From Ostreococcus lucimarinus (taxonomy: Eukaryota), in the NCBI GenBank assembly GCA_000092065.1, contig CP000592.1: a stretch of DNA of 64,000 nt. One strand, written 5' to 3'. Position numbers and translations under genes: made by a program. Of the stretch, positions 47,697 to 58,130 are shown piece by piece. Within the stretch, counting starts at the first letter, position 1; the number at the start of each line of letters is the position of its first letter. Under the pieces are notes generated by a model. That model was not told the origin of the DNA and searched no databases. It saw only the letters and a list, made by a program, of their open reading frames with translations.

Positions 47697-49805
47697 ATGG
47701 CGCACGCGCGTAGGTACGCTCCACCGCGCGCGCACGGCGCTTTCAGCGCGCAAAACGGCGCGTATGGGATCCCGTTTCGCCTGTCCCGGTTGCCGCTCAT
47801 CGTGCTGATCGGCGCCGTGATCGCCGTGTCTGTGAGCATTTCGCGCTCGATCGCGCGAGAATCGATGCGATCGCTCGAGGTAAGCGAAATGCGGGCGAGC
47901 TTGGAGGCGATGAAGGCGCGAGCGCGGGAGTTGGAGGAGGAACTCGTGACGGCGACGGCGGCGACGGCCAAGGCGGTGGAGGAGACGGCGGCGCACGAAG
48001 AGACGCGAGCGCGATTAGCCGCGGCGAAGGCGGAAGCGTCCAGGGCTGAGGAAGAGAAAAGGCAGGCGGTGGAGGCGAGGGAAGCGATCGAGACGGATGT
48101 GCTGCTGGAAAAGGTGCAGGAGAAGGTGGCGATACCGGGGAGCGGTAAGACGAAGCGAGTCCCGACGGATACCGGCGCGAAGGAGGTGGAGGAAGTTTTC
48201 GGGGAGAAAGCCATGAGTGACGTCGCAGAAGTGGCCAAGGTTGTGGGTAAGAATAAAGCACGCATGGGTGAGGGTGATGAGGCGACGATGGACGATGAGG
48301 AGTCGAAGGAAATAGCAGACGGCGCCGACGAAGGGAGCGCGGCGAAAATCGACAATTCATCGAAAGATATCGCCGACGTACGTGTAAAGATCGCCACCGA
48401 TAGCGCCACAAACTCGGATCCGTTGCTTAAAAACTTGGCTCAATCATCCGTCAAGGCGACGAGTGAAGTATCGATGACGTGCAACGGGAAAGAGAACACC
48501 GAGCTTTGGGGCGGCGTAGTGAAAGATGGGAACGCTAATAAACAGCCAGACGCCGCTGCGTGCTGTGATTCGTGCGCAAAGATGAACGCGAATGGGGCGA
48601 ATCGATGTTCGGTGTGGGTTTACAGTGCGTCAAGCAAAGCGTGCTGGTTAAAGTTTGATGAAAATCCCGCCGCGGCGAAACCCGCCAACGAAGGACCGGG
48701 CGTGCCGTGGACGTCTGGTTGGTTTGATTTGCCGAAAAACACAATCGCGCCCAAGTATGAGTCCGCTACTGGGAAAACAGACTTGCCAAAGTGCTTGCAC
48801 GTCGTGATGACAAGCAACGGCAACGTGTACATGAACTGGCAATCACGAGTGATGTACTCGAGTTACCTCAGACACGCCGCCGAGGACGGGAGCATCATGA
48901 AGGCGTTTACTCGCATCTTGCACAAAGGACGGGAAGATGAGTTGATGCACGAGATTCCGACCATGCGATTCAATCCAGTTCAAGCGAAATGCGACGGATG
49001 GTGTGACTATCCCGTCGCCGATCGCTCCAAGGCTGTCGAGCAATGGTTGGAAACGGCAGACTCGGAGCGATGCTCGCACGTCGTTATGGTGGAGACGGAT
49101 CACATCATCGTGAAATCACCATCGCCCGAAATTTTGATGCCGCGCGGTCAAGCCATGGGCTTCAAGTTCGGGTACATGAACCCGCAACAATCGAGACTGA
49201 AGAAGATGTATCCTGAATATTTTGCGGATGGGAAAAAGATGCCCCCCACAGGCAACGCGCCGTCCGTCGTGAACACGGTCGATTTGAGGAAAATTGCACC
49301 GCTTTGGGCGCGCTTCGTGAACGAAACTGAATCTCCGGAGTCAGTTCGTAAAGAGTTAGGTTGGGTGCGCGACATGTACGCGTACGATCTCGCCGCATTA
49401 GCCACTGGCATCGAGCACGAGCTCTCGGAGTGCCCGGAGAGTCTCCTCATGGCGCAGCCGCCCGCCGACTTCGAGCTCGGTAACGCGTTCATCCTTCACT
49501 ACACGTGGGGGTCGGAGATCTACGACAAAAACGAAGAATTTATTTGGAAATTCGACAAGCGGTCGTACCTAGAAGGCCAATACGGTGAAGGTCCTTACAT
49601 TCTTCAAGAAATCCCCCCCCCGCCCGAGTGGGACGACGGTGCCAAGGGTCTTCAGCTGCAGACTTTCTTCAAACCTCGTGCGTTGACCGAAAAGCGACTC
49701 GGTCTCATCAAAACATTGATCGACGAGTTCAATCATGCCGTGCGTTCGCTATCAAAAATTCCGAAAGGCTACGCGACGATCGAGGAGGCGCGTTTATACG
49801 TGTAG
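47697..49805 (+). CDS. HPAT: GT95-family glycosyltransferase (hydroxyproline O-arabinosyltransferase / peptidyl-Ser galactosyltransferase-like), type II membrane protein with Cys-rich PAN/apple-like module
   Basis: An N-terminal signal anchor (LPLIVLIGAVIAVSVSI) is followed by a coiled Ala/Glu stretch and a Cys-rich block (CNGKEN..CCDSCAKMNANGANRCSVWVYSASSKACWLKF). The catalytic region matches plant HPAT motifs (HVVMTSNGNVYMNWQSRVMYSSY, TRILHKGREDELM, HVVMVETDHII, LRKIAPLW, GWVRDMYAYDLA, HYTWG, WKFDKRSYL). Confidence 0.8.
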   Translation: MAHARRYAPPRAHGAFSAQNGAYGIPFRLSRLPLIVLIGAVIAVSVSISRSIARESMRSLEVSEMRASLEAMKARARELEEELVTATAATAKAVEETAAHEETRARLAAAKAEASRAEEEKRQAVEAREAIETDVLLEKVQEKVAIPGSGKTKRVPTDTGAKEVEEVFGEKAMSDVAEVAKVVGKNKARMGEGDEATMDDEESKEIADGADEGSAAKIDNSSKDIADVRVKIATDSATNSDPLLKNLAQSSVKATSEVSMTCNGKENTELWGGVVKDGNANKQPDAAACCDSCAKMNANGANRCSVWVYSASSKACWLKFDENPAAAKPANEGPGVPWTSGWFDLPKNTIAPKYESATGKTDLPKCLHVVMTSNGNVYMNWQSRVMYSSYLRHAAEDGSIMKAFTRILHKGREDELMHEIPTMRFNPVQAKCDGWCDYPVADRSKAVEQWLETADSERCSHVVMVETDHIIVKSPSPEILMPRGQAMGFKFGYMNPQQSRLKKMYPEYFADGKKMPPTGNAPSVVNTVDLRKIAPLWARFVNETESPESVRKELGWVRDMYAYDLAALATGIEHELSECPESLLMAQPPADFELGNAFILHYTWGSEIYDKNEEFIWKFDKRSYLEGQYGEGPYILQEIPPPPEWDDGAKGLQLQTFFKPRALTEKRLGLIKTLIDEFNHAVRSLSKIPKGYATIEEARLYV

Positions 49806-49974
49806 AGCGCGACTCGTAAAATTCTGTGTAGTGCATTACATCTGTTGTTATTCATCCCTTCGAGGCGTTACCCGAGCGATAGACGCCTCGTTTCATTGGC
49901 GCCGCGCGCGTGTGTGCACGTCGAGGCGAGGCTGGAGACGAGGCTGGAAGAGATTGTTTAGTGTTACACGACGA

Positions 49975-50790
49975 CTACTGGAGCAGGAACAAGATGAGCA
50001 CGATGAGCGACACCAAAACTGCGATGACGATGCAGATCAGGCGATTTCTCGCCGCGCGCTGCGACTTGTCCGCCTTGGTGAGTTCTTTTTGCGCGTCCTT
50101 TGTGCGCACCGCCGTGCTCACAATGTTCGCCTCGATGTCGTCAATCATCGACCCTTGTTCGTTCACCAACACCGCGAGGTCTTGAAATATCTCATTTACT
50201 TCTCCGATCTGTTGCTGAATCTCCATGATCCCTCGTTCGCGCTCTTCGATCAACGCGTTATTATACTCGAGCTCGCCGTCCACCTGCGCAAAGTCGCTTC
50301 GCTGTTGCTGCTGCTGCATCAATTGCTGCGTATCCTGATACGCCGCCTCGCCCTCGCCCGACTCCTCGTCCATGGTACCGTAACTCGTCTTTCCCTTGCC
50401 CTTTTGCGGTAAGAACGTCGACTCTCGCTCCGCGCACGTCCTCTGCGCCTTTTGAAAATCCTTTAAAACGGCGTGAAAATCCTTCACCAACTTTTGATGC
50501 TTCGCCACGTGCTCCGCCTTATCCTCATCGTCCACGTCCACCGCGTTCGTGACCGCCTGCGCCAATCGCTTCACCGCTAACGACGCGTCTCGCGCCATGA
50601 CGCCCAGTTTTTCCCGCTGTTCGTGTAATTTCGCCCGCAATTCTCGCGTGTCCTTGCCCGTGCCCAGGACGTCGACGGCGCGCTTGAAGGCGCTCACGTG
50701 CGTCGTCATCTGGAAGATGAGTCCGCTGACGTTGCGGGACTCGGCGTCGAGGTCGTCGGCGGCGGCATCGCTCGTGGAGGCGCGGGACAT
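49975..50790 (-). CDS. SYP2: Qa-SNARE syntaxin (PEP12/SYP2/syntaxin-7-like)
   Basis: A Habc-like N-terminal region is followed by the SNARE motif (ALIEERERGIMEIQQQIGEVNEIFQDLAVLVNEQGSMIDDIEANI, with the Q at the zero layer) and a C-terminal transmembrane anchor (LICIVIAVLVSLIVLILFLL). Confidence 0.85.
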   Translation of the reverse strand: MSRASTSDAAADDLDAESRNVSGLIFQMTTHVSAFKRAVDVLGTGKDTRELRAKLHEQREKLGVMARDASLAVKRLAQAVTNAVDVDDEDKAEHVAKHQKLVKDFHAVLKDFQKAQRTCAERESTFLPQKGKGKTSYGTMDEESGEGEAAYQDTQQLMQQQQQRSDFAQVDGELEYNNALIEERERGIMEIQQQIGEVNEIFQDLAVLVNEQGSMIDDIEANIVSTAVRTKDAQKELTKADKSQRAARNRLICIVIAVLVSLIVLILFLLQ

Positions 50791-50937
50791 GGCGCGCGCG
50801 CGCGCGGATCTGCGGCATCGTCTTTCTTCACCTGGGTGTTGCGCTCCAAGGGTCGTGATTGGCGGATTTGGTCGCGGCGCGCGAGCGGCGACGGAGGCGG
50901 GTCTAGATTGGTTGGGTTACGATTACTGAAGAACGAA

Positions 50938-52290
50938 TCACGCTGCGCGCTGCGCGGAGACACCGGCGCGCTGCAGCGCGGCGGTGTGCAGGGCCTGGAG
51001 TAATTTATACGTGAACACGGGCATGTCGGTGGTGTCGAAATCCATGGGCTCGGCGAGGAAGCTCGGCACGAGACCTTCGATGTTGCCGAAACCGAGCGGC
51101 ACGCACGCGACCTCGTCGGCGACGCGACGACCGGGTTTCGGCGGACGCATAGGATCCTCGCCCGTGGGTTCGCCGTCTTCGCCCTCGGCGGCGCTGAGTC
51201 GGAAGGTGAAGCCGGTGCCGATGTGCGTGAAGTGGTGCACGCCTTGAGACTTTTCTTGCCATCGCAAGCCGGTGAGCGCCTCGAGTTCGAACGCGCCAAA
51301 ATCACCATCGCGGCCGCTCCCACCGGCACGTCCACTCGCACCCGCGCGCGTGGCTTCGAGCTCTTCTTCCATGCGAAGCATCTTCCCTTGGTACGCCAAA
51401 ACGGTTTCGCGCAACTCGGCGTTTTCGCGCTCGAGCGCGTACACCTTTTCGCTCGCGCCCTCGGCGCGAGAGGCAATGTCTCGCTGACGATCGGCTTCGG
51501 TGCGCAAGTGATGCACTAACTCATCCGCCTTGCGCTCGTGATCCATCAACACTCCTTGCTGTCGCTCGGCCTCATTCATGAGATCTTGAAGCTTCTTCGC
51601 CTTGAGCTGGTCGTACTTGGTTTGCAGCTTCTCGTACGCGCTTTGAAGCATGCGGTACGCCCCACCCCACGCCGTAGACTGCGGCATGTGCGCTTCGTTG
51701 ACGTTCACGACTCCATTCGCTCGATTCGCCGCGTCTGCCGCCGCCGCTGCCGCCTTGCCGAGTTTGGAGCTGTTCGGCGGCCGCCCTCGCCCGCGCGACG
51801 GCGTCCTCGCCCCAGGCGTCTTAACTTGACGCAAAAATTCAGGACTATCGATATCGGATCCCGGTGAAGACACCGAGGCTAATTTTGCGGCTTTATTCCT
51901 TCCCGAATCCGATCGCTCGTTCGCCTCGAAGTACTTCGCCGGTCGCTTCAAACCTTCCTTGGCGATGGCCGCCGCCTTGGCCATGGCGCTCACCTTTCTC
52001 GAGACGCCCGCCGCCTTTCCAGCCTTCTTCCCACCATCGTCCCCGGTTCTCTTCGCCATCGCCGCTTTCGTCGTCCCAACCGGTCGTCCTCGTCCACGCT
52101 TCGCCGCGGGCGCCGTTTCACCCTCCTTCCCCGTCGCGTTCCCCCCGCGCGCCGGCGTCGTCTTCGTCGGCGTCTTCTTCGTCGGCGTCTTCTTCCCCGC
52201 CTCCTCCCCCGACGACTTCTCTCGCCGTTTCCGCGCCTTCTCCGGCTCCTTCGTGAACGCTTTCGTCGATTTCTGTTTCACGCCGCGCAC
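50938..52290 (-). CDS. hypothetical coiled-coil protein with two AT-hooks (GRGRP) and conserved C-terminal domain; start uncertain
   Basis: The N-terminal part is Lys-rich with two AT-hooks, the centre is coiled-coil (LQTKYDQLKAKKLQDLMNEAERQQ..ENAELRETVLAYQGKMLRMEEELE), and the C-terminus looks globular (FTHIGTGFTFRL..VACVPLGFGNIEGLVPSFLAEPMDFDTTDMPVFTYKLLQAL). The track start at 52290 is GTG. The first ATG is at 52059, but coding-like sequence extends upstream, so an upstream exon is possible. Confidence 0.45.
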   Translation of the reverse strand: MRGVKQKSTKAFTKEPEKARKRREKSSGEEAGKKTPTKKTPTKTTPARGGNATGKEGETAPAAKRGRGRPVGTTKAAMAKRTGDDGGKKAGKAAGVSRKVSAMAKAAAIAKEGLKRPAKYFEANERSDSGRNKAAKLASVSSPGSDIDSPEFLRQVKTPGARTPSRGRGRPPNSSKLGKAAAAAADAANRANGVVNVNEAHMPQSTAWGGAYRMLQSAYEKLQTKYDQLKAKKLQDLMNEAERQQGVLMDHERKADELVHHLRTEADRQRDIASRAEGASEKVYALERENAELRETVLAYQGKMLRMEEELEATRAGASGRAGGSGRDGDFGAFELEALTGLRWQEKSQGVHHFTHIGTGFTFRLSAAEGEDGEPTGEDPMRPPKPGRRVADEVACVPLGFGNIEGLVPSFLAEPMDFDTTDMPVFTYKLLQALHTAALQRAGVSAQRAA

Positions 52291-52871
52291 GATTCGCGCG
52301 TCATCGTCAATCTCTCGTCCATCACCTTCCCTCGCGTCTCGTCCGCCGCGTTCGCCCTCGCGGGGGACTTAGCGTTCGTCCCTCGCGTCGTCCCTCGCTC
52401 GCCCGCCGTCGTCGCCGTCGCCGTCCCGTCGCCGCGCGCTCGCGCCGTCGACCGACGCGCTTCACGACGCGCGTCCCTCGTCGCTCTCGTCGGTCGCTTT
52501 CGTCGCTTTCGTCGTCCCGAACCGACGATCGAATTCGAATTCGCATTCAAACGTCCGTTGGTTTCTCGAACGGTCGCGTTCGCGTCGCGTCGCGTCGCGT
52601 CGCGTCGCGTCGCGTCGCGTCGTCGCGCGCACCATCCACGCGGGCGTGCTCGAACCGCTGTCGGCGTACGAGACCGGGTCGCGCGCGCGCGTTTCGCGCG
52701 GCATGACGACGATCGATGGGCGCGTCGCGGTGTGGCGAGCGATCGACCCGCGCGGCGCGGAGGCGAGCGCGGAGGCGAGACGCGCGCGAGGGATCGACGA
52801 CGACGCGCGATGACGACGATCGAATCGTTAACGATGATGGTGATCGCGATGAATTACGAGACCACGGCGCG

Positions 52872-53273
52872 TCAGGACGCGGCGCGGGACGCGCGCGCGA
52901 TGCACGCGCCGACGGAGGAGAGCCACTCGTCTTTTTCGCGCTCGGACGCGGCGACGAAGACGTGGGACTCGCCCATGCAGGTGATTTCGAACGAAGCCTC
53001 GTCGCCGGTTTTCTCGAACGCGGACGTCGATGATAAACAGTATTTCATGTCGATCACGCCTCGGGTCTTGCTGCTCGAGGTGACGTTGGAGTCGAGAAAC
53101 CAGAACAGTTTGCCGTCCTTGAGGACGAACCATCGTCGGCGCCAGGTGCGAACGACGTCGCCGCGTTTCATCAACCACCCCGCGCGCGCGGGTTCGCGCC
53201 AGAATTCTACGCCACCGGTGTCGTGAACTTTTCCTATTTGGCTGAGATTGGCTAAGATCGCGCCGAACACCAT
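52872..53273 (-). CDS. small pleckstrin-homology (PH) domain protein
   Basis: AGWLMKRGDVVRTWRRRWFVLKDGKLFWF..KTRGVIDM..FEITCMGESHVFVAASEREKDEWLSSV has the PH-domain pattern. The first ATG is at 53273, which is only about 26 nt after the bL27 stop on the same strand. The track start at 53303 is GTG. Confidence 0.55.
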   Translation of the reverse strand: MVFGAILANLSQIGKVHDTGGVEFWREPARAGWLMKRGDVVRTWRRRWFVLKDGKLFWFLDSNVTSSSKTRGVIDMKYCLSSTSAFEKTGDEASFEITCMGESHVFVAASEREKDEWLSSVGACIARASRAAS

Positions 53274-53299
53274 CTTCGCCGCTTGAAATGAAATCGAAA

Positions 53300-53701
53300 T
53301 CACGCCACGCCCTCGACGTACTTTGGGTGCGTCTTCGACAGCGGCGCCACGTTGATCAACTTCCTCCCCCTGTGCTTATCCGTGCTGAAACAAACCTTCC
53401 CTTGCACCAGCGCGAACAACGTATGATCTTTCCCGATCCCACAATTCGTCCCCGGATGCCACTTCGTCCCTCGCTGCCGCGCCAAGACGTGTCCCGGCCG
53501 CACGACTTCGCCGTCGCCGCGCTTCAACCCCAAAAACTTTGGATTCGAGTCTCGCCCGTTGCTCGACGACCCGCCCTGTTTCTTCGACGCGAACCGCACG
53601 AATATCGTCTGCGTCGCCGCGCGCCACGCCCGCGCGCCCTCCTCCGCGATCGTCGCGCGCGCGGTCGACGACGCGAGCGCGCGCGCGCGCGCGCGAAGCA
53701 T
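53300..53701 (-). CDS. RPL27: organellar ribosomal protein bL27 (bacterial-type L27) with N-terminal transit extension
   Basis: [64 protein letters not shown] is bacterial bL27. About 35 aa of Arg/Ala-rich presequence begin at ATG 53701. The longer track ORF to 54013 is GC-rich artefact upstream of that ATG. Confidence 0.85.
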   Translation of the reverse strand: MLRARARALASSTARATIAEEGARAWRAATQTIFVRFASKKQGGSSSNGRDSNPKFLGLKRGDGEVVRPGHVLARQRGTKWHPGTNCGIGKDHTLFALVQGKVCFSTDKHRGRKLINVAPLSKTHPKYVEGVA

Positions 53702-53977
53702 GAACCGCGCCTCGCGCGCGCGTCCGCGTCCGCGCCTCGCGCGCGCGACCGCCGCCTTCGTTCGCGCGCGCGCGCCTTCGCACGCGCGACGCCGCGACGG
53801 TCGACCGACCGACGATCGCGCGTCGCGTCGTCCCGCGTCGCGTCGGCGCGCGACGCGACGGCGACCGGCGATCCGCGACCCGCGGTTTACACACGCCTCG
53901 AGAGATCCGCTTCGATGGGCGAAACGGGGACTCGTATACGGAGCGGAGGCCCGCGCGCGCGCGGCGACCGCCCGAGG

Positions 53978-54055
53978 CGCGGGCTGGACCCCGCGCGCGC
54001 GTGGGTGCCGCACACATAGGTTTAAAAATCACTGAATACGTAGAAAACCGTTCCA
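53978..54055 (+). repeat. diverged copy of the ~85-nt upstream element (GGGCTGGACCCCGCGCGCGCGTGGGTGCCGCACACATAGGTTTAAAAATCACTGAATACGTAGAAAACCG)
   Basis: It has the same cores and order as the 27178..27500 copies. It lies about 200 nt upstream of the polyubiquitin ATG, points toward it, and sits in the divergent bL27/polyubiquitin intergenic region. Confidence 0.5.
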
Positions 54056-54107
54056 GGTGCGTCGACCCCGCGGCCCGGCCATCGCAATCCACCCCCCCTG
54101 TTTTTGA

Positions 54108-55756
<1,649 letters not shown>

Positions 55757-56044
55757 ATACTTACATTTAGTCCCACGTCCGCTTCGGCGATCTCCGCCGC
55801 GTTTGCTATTCTGAAAAGATTTCTGCGGGCGAGGCGTTGAGAACGTGAAGCGCTTCAGCAGACGAACGACACGAAAGATGTACCGATTCTTGTTTTAGCC
55901 ATTACCATTACCATACACACATGTAACGACAGTACCAAAAGCTGTACGCCACTTTATGTTCCTAATCACGTCTTATCGAATCCTCGAGCGCGAGAGGTGC
56001 GCGAGCGCGCTCCGTCCCGCCCTTCACACGCGGCCCCGCGAGTC

Positions 56045-56371
56045 ATGTCGTCTTCGACACCACTCGACCCATCGACGCCGATTACGCTCGTATCGAGCCA
56101 AGGGGATGAATTCGTGGTCGAGTACGATCTTCTGCGCGCCAGTGGTGTGCTTAAACGTCTGTTCGCGTCGAGCGAGGCGGCGGATTTCGAGGAACAACGA
56201 AGCAAGGTGGTCAAGCTTCGCGACATCTCCACCGCGATTTTGCGGAAAATAATAGACTATTGCGAATACAAGCGCGCGCACGAGCATTCGTCGAAAGCAC
56301 CACCTCGATTTCAAATCGACGAAGAGGACGCCATCGAACTCTTGATGGCGGCAAACTTTTTGGACATTTAG
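56045..56371 (+). CDS. ELOC: Elongin C (SKP1-fold BTB/POZ adaptor)
   Basis: ITLVSSQGDEFVVEYDLLRASGVLKRLF..VVKLRDISTAILRKIIDYCEYK..EDAIELLMAANFLDI matches Elongin C through to the C-terminal LLMAANFLD. The first ATG is at 56045. Confidence 0.85.
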   Translation: MSSSTPLDPSTPITLVSSQGDEFVVEYDLLRASGVLKRLFASSEAADFEEQRSKVVKLRDISTAILRKIIDYCEYKRAHEHSSKAPPRFQIDEEDAIELLMAANFLDI

Positions 56372-56465
56372 CGGCGAGGCGAACGAGTGTGAAGTCGAAC
56401 GAATGAGTAGAAATCTAGCTAGTGATTGTGTATGATACGTATAGAATATAGCTTACACCGGATGT

Positions 56466-57383
56466 CTACTCTTCCCTCATGCGATTGAGCATGCCACTGT
56501 CGCACAGTTGCGCCTCGCACGTGGCGAGCACGTCTTCGCCGAGCGGCGCCGACGGATCCGTCAGCCTCGCCGTGGTCCAGATTCGCAGCCCGTGCGATTG
56601 CACTTCTTTAATTTGCACCTGGATTTTGACGGTGTGATGAAGGGGAAGCGGTTTCTTGATCTTGACGTTCATTTCGATGGTGACGCAGCAGGGTGCTCGC
56701 CAACATTTGACCAGCTCGGCTGTCGCTTCGTCAAGAATCGTTTCGATGCAGCCTCCGTGGGCGAGATTATACGTCTGAATGCCGATCGCACCCGTATCAC
56801 CCACGCGCGCAACACCGACGAGCTCTGGATACTCGCTCGATCCCGTCCTCGCGCGCTCTCGGTAAAAATATCTCAAATCAAGACCTCTTTTCGCCGCGTC
56901 GTCGCCGACGGCCCACGATTCGCAAGTCACGAATACCCCTCGCCCGAGCCCAGGAGTCGCCTTTTGAAACGCTCGAAGCGAATTATCGCGACTCAACTCC
57001 ATCAACAACGCATCCCGCATCGGAAACAATCCGTGCTTTCGGAACGGGATCCCCGTCTTGAAGACGTGTCTTCGATAATCCGCCGCAGCGTCCTCGTGCT
57101 TATTCAGCATCGCCCGCTCCTTCGCGTCCCCCAGCGCGCTCGCTCGCCCATCGTTCACCTCGCGCCCACCGCCCGCTTGTTCGCATCGTCTCTCCCGCAC
57201 CCCCACCGGCACGTCGCGCCCACCGCTCTCGTAATACGCTCTGATTTCTTCCTCCCCGCACGCGCGCAACTCCTCGTCCTCCAGTTCCCGCGCCTCCGCG
57301 TGCGCCTCCGCGAGCACCACGGACAGGTTCAGCATTCGATGATAATTCATCCCGTCGTCCGCCGTCGCCGTCACCGTCGCCAT
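56466..57383 (-). CDS. hotdog-fold thioesterase family protein (PaaI/4HBT-like C-terminal domain)
   Basis: The C-terminal about 130 aa (NLAHGGCIETILDEATAELV..VTIEMNVKIKKPLPLHHTVKIQVQIKEVQSHGLRIWTTARL) fits the 4HBT/PaaI hotdog pattern, HGG...D. The N-terminal half is unassigned. Confidence 0.55.
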   Translation of the reverse strand: MATVTATADDGMNYHRMLNLSVVLAEAHAEARELEDEELRACGEEEIRAYYESGGRDVPVGVRERRCEQAGGGREVNDGRASALGDAKERAMLNKHEDAAADYRRHVFKTGIPFRKHGLFPMRDALLMELSRDNSLRAFQKATPGLGRGVFVTCESWAVGDDAAKRGLDLRYFYRERARTGSSEYPELVGVARVGDTGAIGIQTYNLAHGGCIETILDEATAELVKCWRAPCCVTIEMNVKIKKPLPLHHTVKIQVQIKEVQSHGLRIWTTARLTDPSAPLGEDVLATCEAQLCDSGMLNRMREE

Positions 57384-58130
57384 CGCGCCGCGACGTGCCG
57401 CGTCGGCGAAAACTCAAATTCCAAAATTCCATAAACGCTCGAAAAACGCTCGCCGCGATCGCGCACCGACGGGTGCCCGGAACCGACCGCAGACGACGAC
57501 GCGCGACGACGACGACGCGATCGACGACGCGACGACGCGGCGCGGCGCGACGCGCGAACGACCCGACCGACGCGCGCGTCGAACGACGCGACGAGGGACG
57601 ACGCGCGCGCGATGACGGCGACGTCGGCGCTCGCGGTGCGTCGGTGCGGTGTTTCTCGGAACGCGCGACGGCGTCGAGGGCGACGCGCGAGAGCGACGCG
57701 CGAGAGCGACGCGCGCGCGCGCGATCGGACGACGCGATCGGGACGCGCGGCACGGCCGCGATGCGCGCGCGAGGCGCGAAGAGAAGACTGACGACGCGCG
57801 CGTCGGGGATCGATTCGTTTGTATAGGGCGCGGTCGAGACGCGCGCGCGCGGTCGAGGCGACGATTCGTTGTTGAAGGTTATGCGCGCGGCGAGCGAAAA
57901 GGCGAAGCGAGAGTTCATGAGCAGTGATCGAGGCGTGGTGTCCGTGTGCTCGTGTTTGTTGAAGGTGCGTTCGGGGAAGGAAACTCGGATTGCGTCGGGT
58001 TGCGTCGGGCCGCGTCGACGCGTCGACGATTGAGATCGGCGATTGAACGAGACTGACTGACTCGCTCGTTTTCGATGCTCAGGAGCTCGAGGGCACGAGC
58101 GTGGATTGGTCCGTGGACGTCATCGGCGCG

